DNA from: an uncultured Kiritimatiellota bacterium
GTDB taxonomy: Bacteria; Verrucomicrobiota; Kiritimatiellia; RFP12; UBA1067
Assembly: GCA_934621385.1 (NCBI GenBank)
Contig: CAKTUI010000004.1
Coordinates: 18,451 to 82,450, forward strand
Direction: 5' to 3'
DNA length: 64,000 nucleotides
A program made the position numbers and the translations under genes. Of the stretch, positions 27,572-36,741 are shown piece by piece. The notes under the pieces were generated by a model that searched no databases, was not told the origin of the DNA, and worked only from the letters and a program-made list of their open reading frames with translations. Numbering within the stretch: position 1 is the stretch's first letter; the number at the start of each line of letters is the position of its first letter.

Positions 27572-28968
27572 GCCTTCAGTTCCCAGCCCTTCTCGTAGCG
27601 CGGCATCCAGAACTTCGCCGCCGGATCGTCCGCATCCTTCAGCCGTCCCGTCGCCGCATCAAGCGGAATGGCCGCGCCAATCTGAAGCGAGACATTGCCG
27701 AGTTCCGTAATCAGGTTCGACTTGAGCGCTGAGTCAATCGGCTGGGCCGTCTTCACATTCCCGGCAAGGGCGCATTCCGTGAAGTTCTTAACGTGGCAGA
27801 TGTCGCACGAGCGAATCGGGTCGGAAAGACGGATGTCGCCCTCCTGGCTCCCGGTGTCCGCCGCATCCCAAGACTTGACGAGTTTCCGTCCCGTCCGATC
27901 GTAGATGGCGGATTCCCCAAGCGGACCGAAGAACGCAACGCCGTCATCGCAATAGACGAGGCACCCCGTCCACTTGCCCATGAATGTGAAGGCCGACGAA
28001 TGCGAGCACCCTTCCCACGTCAGGTAGCGGTTCTCCGGGAACTGCACGGTCAGGGTCTGCGTATCGTCCCAATTCCAGTCCTCCCCTTCATAGAAGAGGT
28101 GTCCGCCGCCCGTGTAAATCCGCTCGGGCCAGTCCGCACCGAGCGCCCAGCGGGCGATGTCGACGAAGTGGAGACCGTTGTTCGGCAAGTCACCCGTGCC
28201 ATAACCCCTGAAGAAACGCCAGTTGTAGTGCACGAGGTGCGAACGATAGGCCGTGCGGGGCGCACAGCACTGCCAAAGATCCCATCCGTCCGCCCCGAGC
28301 CACGCCGGAACCGGCTCCTCCTTCACGCCGCGAATTGCGGGCCGATCGGACATACACCACGCCTTTGCCCAGTGCGGACGACCAATCTGTCCCGAGCGGA
28401 TGTAGTTGATGGCCTGCTGCGTGGAATAGGAACTGCGACGCTGGGTGCCGAGCACGAAGACGGACTGCGTCTGCCGCTGGACTTCCGCCAGGATTTCAGC
28501 CTCGCCAGCCGAGATGCCAATCGGCTTCTCAAGGTAGAGGGCCTTGCCCGCCTTCATCGCCTCAACGCCAATGTAGCAGTGCGAATGGTCGGGCGTCGCG
28601 ACAAGCACCGCGTCCACGTCATCGCGGCGCACGGCCTCGCGGAAGTCCTTCACCTTCGCCGGGGCGATGCCCGTCATCTCCTTCAGGACTCTCGCGGCGA
28701 GATCCATTGCCGTCGAATCGACATCGCAGACGACCGTCACCACGCAGTTCGGCAGTTCGGCAAACCGGCTCATCACCTGAAAGCCACGCCCGCGCGCACC
28801 TTTCGGGTCAACGACAAAGCCATGCCCGTGGTCCGCCGTCCGGGCGCAACCGACAACACAAAGACGCAACTTGTTCGCAGGTGTCGCCGCACCCAAAAGC
28901 GTCCATGCGGAGGCAATCGTGAACGCACAGCCGCCGGCCTTGATGAAATCCCTTCTATTCCAGTTCAT
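27568..28968 (-). CDS. Tat-exported Gfo/Idh/MocA oxidoreductase (GH109-like architecture)
   Basis: MNWNRRDFIKAGGCAF (twin-arginine signal), LRLCVVGCA, VLVATPDHSH and ALYLEKP motifs. Confidence 0.75.
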   Translation of the reverse strand: MNWNRRDFIKAGGCAFTIASAWTLLGAATPANKLRLCVVGCARTADHGHGFVVDPKGARGRGFQVMSRFAELPNCVVTVVCDVDSTAMDLAARVLKEMTGIAPAKVKDFREAVRRDDVDAVLVATPDHSHCYIGVEAMKAGKALYLEKPIGISAGEAEILAEVQRQTQSVFVLGTQRRSSYSTQQAINYIRSGQIGRPHWAKAWCMSDRPAIRGVKEEPVPAWLGADGWDLWQCCAPRTAYRSHLVHYNWRFFRGYGTGDLPNNGLHFVDIARWALGADWPERIYTGGGHLFYEGEDWNWDDTQTLTVQFPENRYLTWEGCSHSSAFTFMGKWTGCLVYCDDGVAFFGPLGESAIYDRTGRKLVKSWDAADTGSQEGDIRLSDPIRSCDICHVKNFTECALAGNVKTAQPIDSALKSNLITELGNVSLQIGAAIPLDAATGRLKDADDPAAKFWMPRYEKGWELKA

Positions 28969-31625
28969 TTGTCCTTCTTCTCCTGTTGTTTGCGGTTCCG
29001 AATCAGTTCGTAAAGGTAGGTGGCATTCGCGGCATCCCGCGCCGTGTCACACGTGAATGCGAGGGAACCCCTGCGGATTGAAGTCGGAACGAGGCCCCGA
29101 CGCGTTCCATCCGAATCAAGCGCGTAGACCGACACTTCCTCCGGGCGATTGAGCTTCAGCCAGACCCGCGCTCGCGCACGCGGCATCAGATAGGGCGGCC
29201 GTCCGCTCTGAAGAAGGTAGCGTCCGTCCCGGTCGGCGAAGCGGTCGCCCGTGTTATAGAGCCGCGTCAAATGGGTCAGAAGAATGCGACTGGAGTCCCC
29301 AAGCGGACTTTCGTCAAGAGAACTCACCCAGATTGTCGTCTTTTCCCGTCCACAGTTGGCGGCCAGCGGTCCGGCACGAAAAACACCCGACTCAACGCTC
29401 CCGCCACACGTGCGGGGCGTTGACACCGTGAACGAATTGTTCGTGCGGCCAATCGTCACCGCACCATCCGCCAGCTTGAGGTTCGCCGACCCCAGCAACC
29501 CTTCCACGCGGTCCGCCGTCAACTTGACATCCGCCGGATAGGCAAAGTCATGAATACTTCCCTGAACGCCCACGTCCAGTGCCGAACCGAACTGAACGTA
29601 CCAGCCCGCCCACGGCCAGGCGAACTCATTCTGCCAGACGCAATCGTGAGACTTGCTATTGTCAATGCGGCTTCTTGGAATGACCAATGAGGCCCGCCGC
29701 GCCAAAGGTTTCAGATCGCCGCGAAGGAACAGGCACATGAGCGCACGATCCGCCGCGACAGCGAGCGCGTCGCTCGCCCCCTCCAACTTGGCGAGAGCAT
29801 GACTTCCCGATTCTAGGGCGCGGCGCTTGTCATGCGCCCACAGGTAACGCCAGATGCCATCCCAGTCCTGCGCGGCGGCGAGCGCACCGACCGTCAGGCC
29901 CGAACTGGCCCGATAGGCCGATGGAGCGCACCAGTTGAATTCGGAAATGACAAACGGCTTGCCCCAGAGACGCGTCGTCAGGGCCTGAACCGGAATCTCG
30001 GCAAACTCCGAAAAGACACGCCGATTCGGCGTGAACAGTGGAACGCGATCCCCATCCGTCCATTTGGCATCGTCCGGCCAGGATGGGTGGTCGTAGTAGA
30101 AATGGTCGTCCACATAGTCGCTCAGGTCAGATCGCACGGACTGCAGGCAGAACGGCATCGTCCCGCCATTGCAGGTCGACAGGGGCACGTCACTGCCGAC
30201 CTCCCGCCGAATGAAAGTGCGCATTTCCTGCATGAACGCATGCTCCTGCCGACACATATCGTGGGTCGTGCCATCGCCGCAGGACCAGGCGCAGGGGCTC
30301 TCGTTCACGACATTGACAAGTGCGATGGTCGGCTCGTCCGCATAGCGTCGCCCCAAGAGTGGGTTGACATGATTGAAGAAGCCGCCGACGAACCGCTTCA
30401 GGTTGTCCCGTGCCGCCGGATTGACGAGATACTGATATTTCAGTTCGTTGCGATTGCCGCGCCCATTGTGCACCATGCCGGGCCGGTCGATGCCAATCGC
30501 CCGGAAACTCGTGTTGCGGCCAACGTGCAAGTCGAGCGTCACGTAAATGCCGCGCCTCGAACAGGCGGCCAGCAGATTGTCGAGTCCCTCAAACTGGGCG
30601 GCGACTGGTGTCGCCCCGTCGGGCGAGCCCTTCGTCAGCCCCATGTATTCATTCTCGAAGTTGTGGAGCCGAATCGCATTGTAGCCCAGACGAACCAGGC
30701 GGTCCGTCAGCAGGTCCGCCTCCTCGGGCGTATAGTAGCAGGCATAGGAGTGCAGGTTCACACCATAGAACTTCTGCCGAATGCCCGGCAGGCGCTCGAA
30801 CTCAAAATGCCCCCCCGTCGCCCGAAGTCGTCCGTAAGTTCCACACGCCGTGCGCGGCACAATGCGCGAGAAGTCAAGGGCGGACCCCTTCTGAACATCC
30901 GCCCGATAGGTCAGTGGAACGAACGCCGCTCCGGGCTGCGCAATCCACGGCGTGTTCGGGTTCTCAATCGGACGCGCCGTCCGCAACGTGAAGCCAATCA
31001 AGAGCGTCTGCCCAACCGCCAGTTCTTCCGCCCGCACGGCGGACAGGCGAAGCGTGTAGGACTCCTGCCTCTCCTTCCGCATGACGGTGACAATGACCGG
31101 CGAATCAAAGGTCAGGTCGAGGAATTGGCTTCCATCAGAAGATTCAAGCCGCAGGCTGGAAATCGTGCCACACTCAATGAAGGCGGTCTTCGGCAAGGGC
31201 TGGCTTTTCCCATCCGCGAGAAGCCGTCCGCCGACAAGGCACCGCCCATCGGCATAGGCCTGGACGGACACCGTCTCAACACGACCGCCTTTCGTCACAA
31301 CGGCGCGATAGGCGACGCGAAGAGCCCCGTTGGTGACCAGCGTGGACATCTCACACGCGCACGAAACGCCATCCTCGACGATGGACACGAAGGCGACCTG
31401 GCCATCCGCCGGCGGCAATTCAACCCGCGCATGAGGAACGCCGCCAATCTTCCCGCACTTCAGCCACCCCGCGCCATGGATGAAGTAGCCGAAGGAGAAA
31501 TCCGGATCGGCGATGGAACCGCCTGCGCCGTGGGGATTGATTGTAAAATTCCCCGCGCAGGCGGCGAACGCCGTCCACAGTCCCATCAGAGAAAGAAGGA
31601 TGAATCTCATGCCCGTCGAGACCAT
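28965..31625 (-). CDS. Secreted clan GH-A (GH5-like) TIM-barrel glycoside hydrolase with an N-terminal beta-sandwich region
   Basis: The track start at 31631 is TTG; ATGs lie at 31625 and 31610 (MRFILLSLMGLWTAFAACAG signal peptide). FYGVNLHSY, YNAIRLHNFE, ALVNVVNESPC (NE acid/base-like) and FVISEFNW (nucleophile-like). Confidence 0.55.
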   Translation of the reverse strand: MVSTGMRFILLSLMGLWTAFAACAGNFTINPHGAGGSIADPDFSFGYFIHGAGWLKCGKIGGVPHARVELPPADGQVAFVSIVEDGVSCACEMSTLVTNGALRVAYRAVVTKGGRVETVSVQAYADGRCLVGGRLLADGKSQPLPKTAFIECGTISSLRLESSDGSQFLDLTFDSPVIVTVMRKERQESYTLRLSAVRAEELAVGQTLLIGFTLRTARPIENPNTPWIAQPGAAFVPLTYRADVQKGSALDFSRIVPRTACGTYGRLRATGGHFEFERLPGIRQKFYGVNLHSYACYYTPEEADLLTDRLVRLGYNAIRLHNFENEYMGLTKGSPDGATPVAAQFEGLDNLLAACSRRGIYVTLDLHVGRNTSFRAIGIDRPGMVHNGRGNRNELKYQYLVNPAARDNLKRFVGGFFNHVNPLLGRRYADEPTIALVNVVNESPCAWSCGDGTTHDMCRQEHAFMQEMRTFIRREVGSDVPLSTCNGGTMPFCLQSVRSDLSDYVDDHFYYDHPSWPDDAKWTDGDRVPLFTPNRRVFSEFAEIPVQALTTRLWGKPFVISEFNWCAPSAYRASSGLTVGALAAAQDWDGIWRYLWAHDKRRALESGSHALAKLEGASDALAVAADRALMCLFLRGDLKPLARRASLVIPRSRIDNSKSHDCVWQNEFAWPWAGWYVQFGSALDVGVQGSIHDFAYPADVKLTADRVEGLLGSANLKLADGAVTIGRTNNSFTVSTPRTCGGSVESGVFRAGPLAANCGREKTTIWVSSLDESPLGDSSRILLTHLTRLYNTGDRFADRDGRYLLQSGRPPYLMPRARARVWLKLNRPEEVSVYALDSDGTRRGLVPTSIRRGSLAFTCDTARDAANATYLYELIRNRKQQEKKDK

Positions 31626-31637
31626 CACCAATCCGTC

Positions 31638-34058
31638 TTAGCGCACGCGAATCAACAAGGCATGCGGCGAATAGGTGAGCTTCACCTGCGTCTTCGTCGT
31701 CACCACCTTCCAGTCGCCCAGTTCGACGGATGCCTTGTCAATCACAGGTGCACCGACAATGGCACCCGCCTCGGCAATCAGATACTCCTTCGCCGCGTGA
31801 TGGTCAGGCTTCTGATCCACCGGCATCTTGAGGGTGACGCCCTCACCGAACGAAAGCGTCCCATCGACATGGAGGGCCTTCCCGTTCGCAAGGTCCGCCG
31901 CCAAAATCGTCCACGAATCCGTCAGCGTCAAGTCGCCGTGGAGAACCGTGGGGAAGCCGACCAACTTGCCCTGGACGAAGCCGTTGCCATTCAGGTCGAA
32001 TGTCGTCCCCGCCGCGAAGGAAAGTTCGTCAAAGACCGGCAGCATTTCCGCCGCGGCCGACTCATCCTGATTGTCAATCGTCAGCAGCCGCCCCGAACCG
32101 CCGTCGTCCAGTTTCAGGAAGTGCTCCACATTCACTTCATCCGCAACGGGATTCGGATCGTAGGAAAGGCTCAGCCCGTCGAAGCGGTCCGTCCCTGGAT
32201 TCTGCCGACTATTCCACGAGGCACCGCACGAGTAAATCATAATTGAGTTCGGTCCTGGTTGCAGGACGATCGTGAAGATGTTCGTGCGGCCCGCCCCTTC
32301 CGAAGGATTGCCAAACGGCGACCAGACTCCGTTGATAACCATTGATCCGCGATAGGACTGGTGGAAGGCGAACTGCCATGTGACAGGCTCGGCGGAACGA
32401 TTCCAGACATAACCCTGATAGAGGTAGGCTGTTGCTCGCCGAATGTCATTGGCAACAACCATGTCGAAGCCCTCGAAAACCTTCGTGGCGCCCAAGCGCG
32501 AATAGACCGCATTCTCCTGATTCGTTGACAGGAGCGGCGGCAGGAACGACTGCGTCGTCGCATCCCAACGGCGGTTGAAGTCCGAGGGGCTTCCCCAAAT
32601 GTTCTGACCCGCCACGTCCCCCTTCGACATATCGACAAACTTCCACTCCCAAAGTCCCGCGTGGCCGTAGACCTTCGACCCGAGTTTCAGCGCACCACCC
32701 TGAACGGATGTCGTGCCCGTCACGTGAACGGCGTTCGAAAGCATCAGCGTGCCGGAACCCGTCTTCACAAGCCCTGCCATGGTCGGACGCGTCAGATCGG
32801 CCACCAGCACCCCGCCGCCAGTGATGGAGGAGTCCACGTCACCGGCGAAAGTCAACGCTGATAGCGCGGAGGCGTTGTCGCCCGCCAGAACCAGCCGTGC
32901 ACCATCCGTGAATGTCACGGCGTGCGCATTCGGGAAAAGCGGCGAATTGTCGCAGAGGGCAACGCCGCTGTTCTCCGGCGCAACCTTTCCGTTCGTCGTC
33001 CCCGTGATGGTCACGTCACCCGCAAAAGTGCCGCCCGCACCCGCCAGAAGGTTCACCCACCCAGGCCCCACCTGCAACGTTCCCGTACCGTTGAACGGAC
33101 CCGCGAACGTGAGCGCGGTCGCCTTATCGGAGGTGTCGGCCAGCGAATTGGCACCCGACAACTCAATCGGTCCATTCCACCGATAGGTCGTCAGATCCGA
33201 CTTGTCGGACGCGTTGACCGTGTAATAGCGCGTATTGGACAACTTGAGCGTGGCAGATGCGACCGAAAGCGGACGCGTAATCTCGAAACTGGCGTTCGAG
33301 AGTTCAAGCGCACACGGTGCCTCGGATTCGGCGAAACCAAACGGGCCGTTCGCATTGAGGAAGCGCAGCGCATTTGGATTCGGATACGCGGCATTGCCGA
33401 CAACGGCAAATGTGCCGCCATTCTTAACGGTTCCTTCCGCCTCAAACATCGTCCATTTTGCATCGTCCCGAAGGAATGTCAGCTTGTGACCGCCCAAGTC
33501 GAAGTCCCCGGAGACCTTCAGCCGCTGGTTCTCGACCCGCACCGTTGCATCCGCGAGAAAACGGAACGTCGACCAGTCGGCGAGGCCGACCGTGCCGCCA
33601 TCCTTCAGACGCATGAACTTGCAACTCGGCTCGACGGCGGCGGGTGCCCCCGCAAAGACGAAGGTCTTGCCCGAGACAAGTCCATTCCCCCAATCCCCAT
33701 AGGACGAGTCGTCGGCAATCGAGGCTCCGTCGTTGACATAGACCGTGCCGACATTGTTCGCACCGAAATCGCCGCGCTGGGCGACGATGAAGCGTCCCTC
33801 ATCGATGGTGATGTCGCCCGTGTAGGACGGGATGGGGCTCGCCGTCAAATCACCCGGACCCGTCTTGAGGATGTTGGTGATGCCGTCCGTCACCTGGGCG
33901 GCATCCAGCGTCGCCCCGGCGACGTCAACGGCAATCTTCAGCACGCCCGGCTCGGACGAACTGTCGTAAACCGCGCCACCCAGGGCGACCCCTGCGCTCA
34001 GGCACACAAGGGCCGCAATCCGAGAAGCACCACAGCGAACATCTGGCTTGCACAACAT
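31638..34058 (-). CDS. Secreted autotransporter-associated beta-strand-repeat (PATR) adhesin-like protein
   Basis: Signal-like N-terminus. PATR signatures ILKTGPGDLTASPIPSYTGDITIDEGRFIV and LVKTGSGTLMLSNAVHVTGTTSVQGGALKLG. AGGAGG lies 5 nt before the ATG. The protein ends ...SPHALLIRVR. Confidence 0.6.
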   Translation of the reverse strand: MLCKPDVRCGASRIAALVCLSAGVALGGAVYDSSSEPGVLKIAVDVAGATLDAAQVTDGITNILKTGPGDLTASPIPSYTGDITIDEGRFIVAQRGDFGANNVGTVYVNDGASIADDSSYGDWGNGLVSGKTFVFAGAPAAVEPSCKFMRLKDGGTVGLADWSTFRFLADATVRVENQRLKVSGDFDLGGHKLTFLRDDAKWTMFEAEGTVKNGGTFAVVGNAAYPNPNALRFLNANGPFGFAESEAPCALELSNASFEITRPLSVASATLKLSNTRYYTVNASDKSDLTTYRWNGPIELSGANSLADTSDKATALTFAGPFNGTGTLQVGPGWVNLLAGAGGTFAGDVTITGTTNGKVAPENSGVALCDNSPLFPNAHAVTFTDGARLVLAGDNASALSALTFAGDVDSSITGGGVLVADLTRPTMAGLVKTGSGTLMLSNAVHVTGTTSVQGGALKLGSKVYGHAGLWEWKFVDMSKGDVAGQNIWGSPSDFNRRWDATTQSFLPPLLSTNQENAVYSRLGATKVFEGFDMVVANDIRRATAYLYQGYVWNRSAEPVTWQFAFHQSYRGSMVINGVWSPFGNPSEGAGRTNIFTIVLQPGPNSIMIYSCGASWNSRQNPGTDRFDGLSLSYDPNPVADEVNVEHFLKLDDGGSGRLLTIDNQDESAAAEMLPVFDELSFAAGTTFDLNGNGFVQGKLVGFPTVLHGDLTLTDSWTILAADLANGKALHVDGTLSFGEGVTLKMPVDQKPDHHAAKEYLIAEAGAIVGAPVIDKASVELGDWKVVTTKTQVKLTYSPHALLIRVR

Positions 34059-34088
34059 TCAAACCTCCTATTGATACTTTACTCCTCT

Positions 34089-34097
34089 ATTATACCA
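34089..34097 (-). promoter_or_regulatory. Extended -10 promoter (TGGTATAAT on the minus strand) of the 9-gene glycan operon
   Basis: Reverse complement of 34089-34097 is TGGTATAAT, 30 nt upstream of the ATG at 34058. Confidence 0.5.
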
Positions 34098-34149
34098 TTC
34101 TACCCATAGGACGGGGAAAGTAAGTTTTTGCAAAATTCATCGTCCGTCA

Positions 34150-34178
34150 TTGCAAAATCGAAACGCCTGTGGTATCCT
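34150..34178 (+). promoter_or_regulatory. Promoter of the XylR/AraC-type regulator (leaderless spacing)
   Basis: TTGCAA (34150-34155), 17 nt, TGG-TATCCT (-10 at 34173-34178), ATG at 34186 only 7 nt downstream. TTGCAAAAT also occurs 22 bp upstream (34128-34136). Confidence 0.5.
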
Positions 34179-34185
34179 ACACGCC

Positions 34186-35292
34186 ATGTCGAGTTATGAT
34201 GTCCTTTTGCTGACCAGCCCTTCGGCCGCGACCTGTCTTCGCGGCATCACGCGTTTCGCCCAGGAACACGGCTGGTTCATCACGATTGAGGACCGCGAAC
34301 ATCCGCCGCGGGACTGGCGGGGTGACGGCATTCTCGCGACAATCGGGCAGGGGCGCACACCCCTGGTGGACTTCGTTCGGGAGAAGCGTCGCCGGGGCAC
34401 GCCCATCGTCGACCTGACGAACGCCGTGCCGACGCTGAAGGTTCCACGCGTCTGCGGAGACAATCTCGAAATGGGGCGACTCGCGGCGGAACACTTTCAC
34501 GAGCGGGGCTTTCGCCGCGCCGCCTGGTTTTCCTCAAAATGGGGCAACCTGCAACGCCTTCGACTGATGGGTCTCACGGAGAACGGCTTCCCCGCCGCCG
34601 AACGGCTCATCGGACTCAACCGCACCGAACTCGCCAACCGAATCGCCGAACTGCCGAAACCCATTGCCATCTTCTCCTATTCGGACAACGATGCCTCCCG
34701 CGTCCTGAACGCCTGCCGCGACGCACGGATTGCCGTGCCCGAGGAGGTCGCCATCCTTGGCGTGGACAACAACGAGCTCATCTGCCTCAACCAGCCGACA
34801 CCCCTTTCGTCCATCCGCCACGACCTGGAGCGCATTGGCTATGAAGGCGCGGCACTTCTTCAGGAACTGATGTCGGCGGAACGGCCGTGCCGACAGGTTC
34901 CTGACACGCTCCTCATTCCGCCGCGTGGCATCGCCGTCCGTCAATCGACGCGCACCGAAGCGGCCGACGACCCCCTGCTCCGCCGCGCCTTTGCCATCAT
35001 CCAGCGCGACATCGCCCGTGCAACCGGAATCGAGCAAATTGCCCATGAACTGGGCGTTCCACGCACCAAACTGAACCGCGCAACCCAAAGGGAACTCGGT
35101 CGGACGCTCACCGACGAGATTCTCCGCCAACGGCTGGCACGAGCGAAAGTCCTGCTCACGGGCACGGATCTCACGCTCCAGGCAATTGCCGCAGACTGTG
35201 GCTTCTGCCATGCCGCACACCTCGCCAATGCCTTCCACAAGGCCTTCGGGCTGACGCCCGGGCGTTTCCGCCGAACGAACGAGTGCCGCTGA
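34186..35292 (+). CDS. XylR-type regulator: periplasmic-binding-protein-like sensor domain plus AraC-family HTH
   Basis: Trimmed to the ATG at 34186 (MSSYDVLLLT). C-terminal IEQIAHELGVPRTKLNRATQRELGRTLTDEI...LQAIAADCGFCHAAHLANAFHKAFGLTPGRFRR is an AraC dual HTH. Divergent from the glycan operon. Confidence 0.8.
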   Translation: MSSYDVLLLTSPSAATCLRGITRFAQEHGWFITIEDREHPPRDWRGDGILATIGQGRTPLVDFVREKRRRGTPIVDLTNAVPTLKVPRVCGDNLEMGRLAAEHFHERGFRRAAWFSSKWGNLQRLRLMGLTENGFPAAERLIGLNRTELANRIAELPKPIAIFSYSDNDASRVLNACRDARIAVPEEVAILGVDNNELICLNQPTPLSSIRHDLERIGYEGAALLQELMSAERPCRQVPDTLLIPPRGIAVRQSTRTEAADDPLLRRAFAIIQRDIARATGIEQIAHELGVPRTKLNRATQRELGRTLTDEILRQRLARAKVLLTGTDLTLQAIAADCGFCHAAHLANAFHKAFGLTPGRFRRTNECR

Positions 35293-35310
35293 GCACCCGT
35301 TCCCGAGGGA

Positions 35311-36198
35311 CTACTTGCGCCCCCGATGACAGAGAATCGTGACGGCAGCCGCAAGCACGCAGACCATGCCAACGCCAAGCCGAAGCGTCATCTGTTCCCC
35401 AAAGACAAAAATGCCGACGCAGACGGCCGTCAACGGCTCAAGTGCCCCCAGAATCGCCGTCGGGGTCGACCCGAGCCGCTTGTCGCTCACGACCATGAAA
35501 AGAAGGGAGAGAAGTGTTGGAACAACTGCGAGGAAGATGCCAAATCCCCACTGGCGCGCACTCCCCGGGAGATGCAGTGCCGACGAGCCGCCCGCCGCGA
35601 CCGACCAGCCCAACACCCCGCAGAAGCAGAAGACCAACACCCAGAACGTCATGGCACTCACCGGCATTCGGACGCGGGCGCGATTGACCACGACAATGTA
35701 AATGGCATAGGTCAGGGCCGAAATCAGCACCAGGACAACCCCCAGCAGGTCAATCCGCAGTTCCCCGCCGCCGAGCGAAAGGAAGGCGATGCCGCCCAGT
35801 GCCAGCGCGATTGAGGCAACCGTCTTGACCGTCAGCCGCTCCCCATAAAAGGCGGTCATGATGGCGGCCGTCATCACGGGATAGACGAAGAGGATTGTAC
35901 AGACGACCCCAACGGGCATCCGCTGGAAGCTCGAATAGAAGGTCAGGGAGGACGCGGCAAACAGGAGTCCAAGCGATGCCGTCAGGAGGAACGTCCGCCG
36001 CGACAGCGCAAAGGCAACGCCCCGCGCACACATGAACAGGGCCAAAATGGGAATCGCGAAGCCAAATCGGTAAAGGAGCACCGTCTCCGTCGCAACGCCC
36101 TCATGGTAGAGGGGAAGCGCCCCGAGCGGATTCATGCCGTAACTGACGGCCGCCAGGATGCCGCACACGGCACCCCACAGATAACCTTTTCTTCTCAT
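35311..36198 (-). CDS. EamA/DMT-family transporter
   Basis: Trimmed to the ATG at 36198 (MRRKGYLWGAVCGILAAVSYGMNPL). About ten hydrophobic segments arranged as two EamA halves. Confidence 0.75.
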   Translation of the reverse strand: MRRKGYLWGAVCGILAAVSYGMNPLGALPLYHEGVATETVLLYRFGFAIPILALFMCARGVAFALSRRTFLLTASLGLLFAASSLTFYSSFQRMPVGVVCTILFVYPVMTAAIMTAFYGERLTVKTVASIALALGGIAFLSLGGGELRIDLLGVVLVLISALTYAIYIVVVNRARVRMPVSAMTFWVLVFCFCGVLGWSVAAGGSSALHLPGSARQWGFGIFLAVVPTLLSLLFMVVSDKRLGSTPTAILGALEPLTAVCVGIFVFGEQMTLRLGVGMVCVLAAAVTILCHRGRK

Positions 36199-36266
36199 CA
36201 GGCCGCATATTATACTCTTTCTCGGGCAGAACTGCCGCGCGCGCACCTTTAGAACGCCTCTCCCAC

Positions 36267-36297
36267 GCGGAGGTTCGGGGCGCAGTCCCCGTCCTTC
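36267..36297. repeat. Short hairpin repeat GCGGRGGTTCGGGG...GTCCCC, copy 3
   Basis: GCGGAGGTTCGGGGCGCAGTCCCCGTCCTTC. Compare 7519-7550 and 18828-18858. Confidence 0.5.
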
Positions 36298-36322
36298 TTT
36301 CGCCGATTTTCGCCGCGCTCCC

Positions 36323-36352
36323 TTGACAAGAAGCCGCGAACTATGGTACGCT
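36323..36352 (+). promoter_or_regulatory. Promoter of orphan unit C
   Basis: TTGACA (36323-36328), 18-nt spacer, TGG-TACGCT (-10 at 36347-36352). Confidence 0.5.
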
Positions 36353-36401
36353 ACAGGCAGTCCAATGGAGAAAGAAGTCGGACAGGAAAGAAGGTTGCTT
36401 T

Positions 36402-36662
36402 ATGGGCTTGATGGGCTTTATGACGGCAGTGATGGCGGCGATTGCGGTGATGGCAATGGCGAGGATGGCGCTCATCACCGTGTTCACGAGGGCGACGGCG
36501 GGAGCAACGCCGCGTCAAATGCCTGCCGCCACCGACGGCACTCCCCAGCAACCCACGCCCACCAATTCGCGGCACATTCAAACAAAAAGCCGCGTACACA
36601 GGAGAAGTAACAGGCAAGGGCGTTCGCTTCTCCCCTGCTCAACCGCCCGTTCTCGGGCGTAG
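36402..36662 (+). CDS. Candidate small Met-rich membrane peptide (86 aa) of unit C
   Basis: GAAAGAAGG lies 8 nt upstream of the ATG. MGLMGFMTAVMAAIAVMAMARMALITVF is one TM segment with 8 Met in 23 residues. The first ~45 codons are GC3-rich; the tail is basic and low-complexity, so the true stop and coding status are uncertain. Confidence 0.3.
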   Translation: MGLMGFMTAVMAAIAVMAMARMALITVFTRATAGATPRQMPAATDGTPQQPTPTNSRHIQTKSRVHRRSNRQGRSLLPCSTARSRA

Positions 36663-36704
36663 GCAAGACGCACCCTGCGCGGCAAAAAGTGCCGCGTCCT
36701 CGAA

Positions 36705-36741
36705 GTCGGACGGGATTCTCCCCCGTCCGACGTTTCTTTTT
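36705..36741 (+). terminator. Rho-independent terminator of unit C
   Basis: GTCGGACGGG-ATTCTCC-CCCGTCCGAC (10-bp stem) followed by GTTTCTTTTT. Confidence 0.6.
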
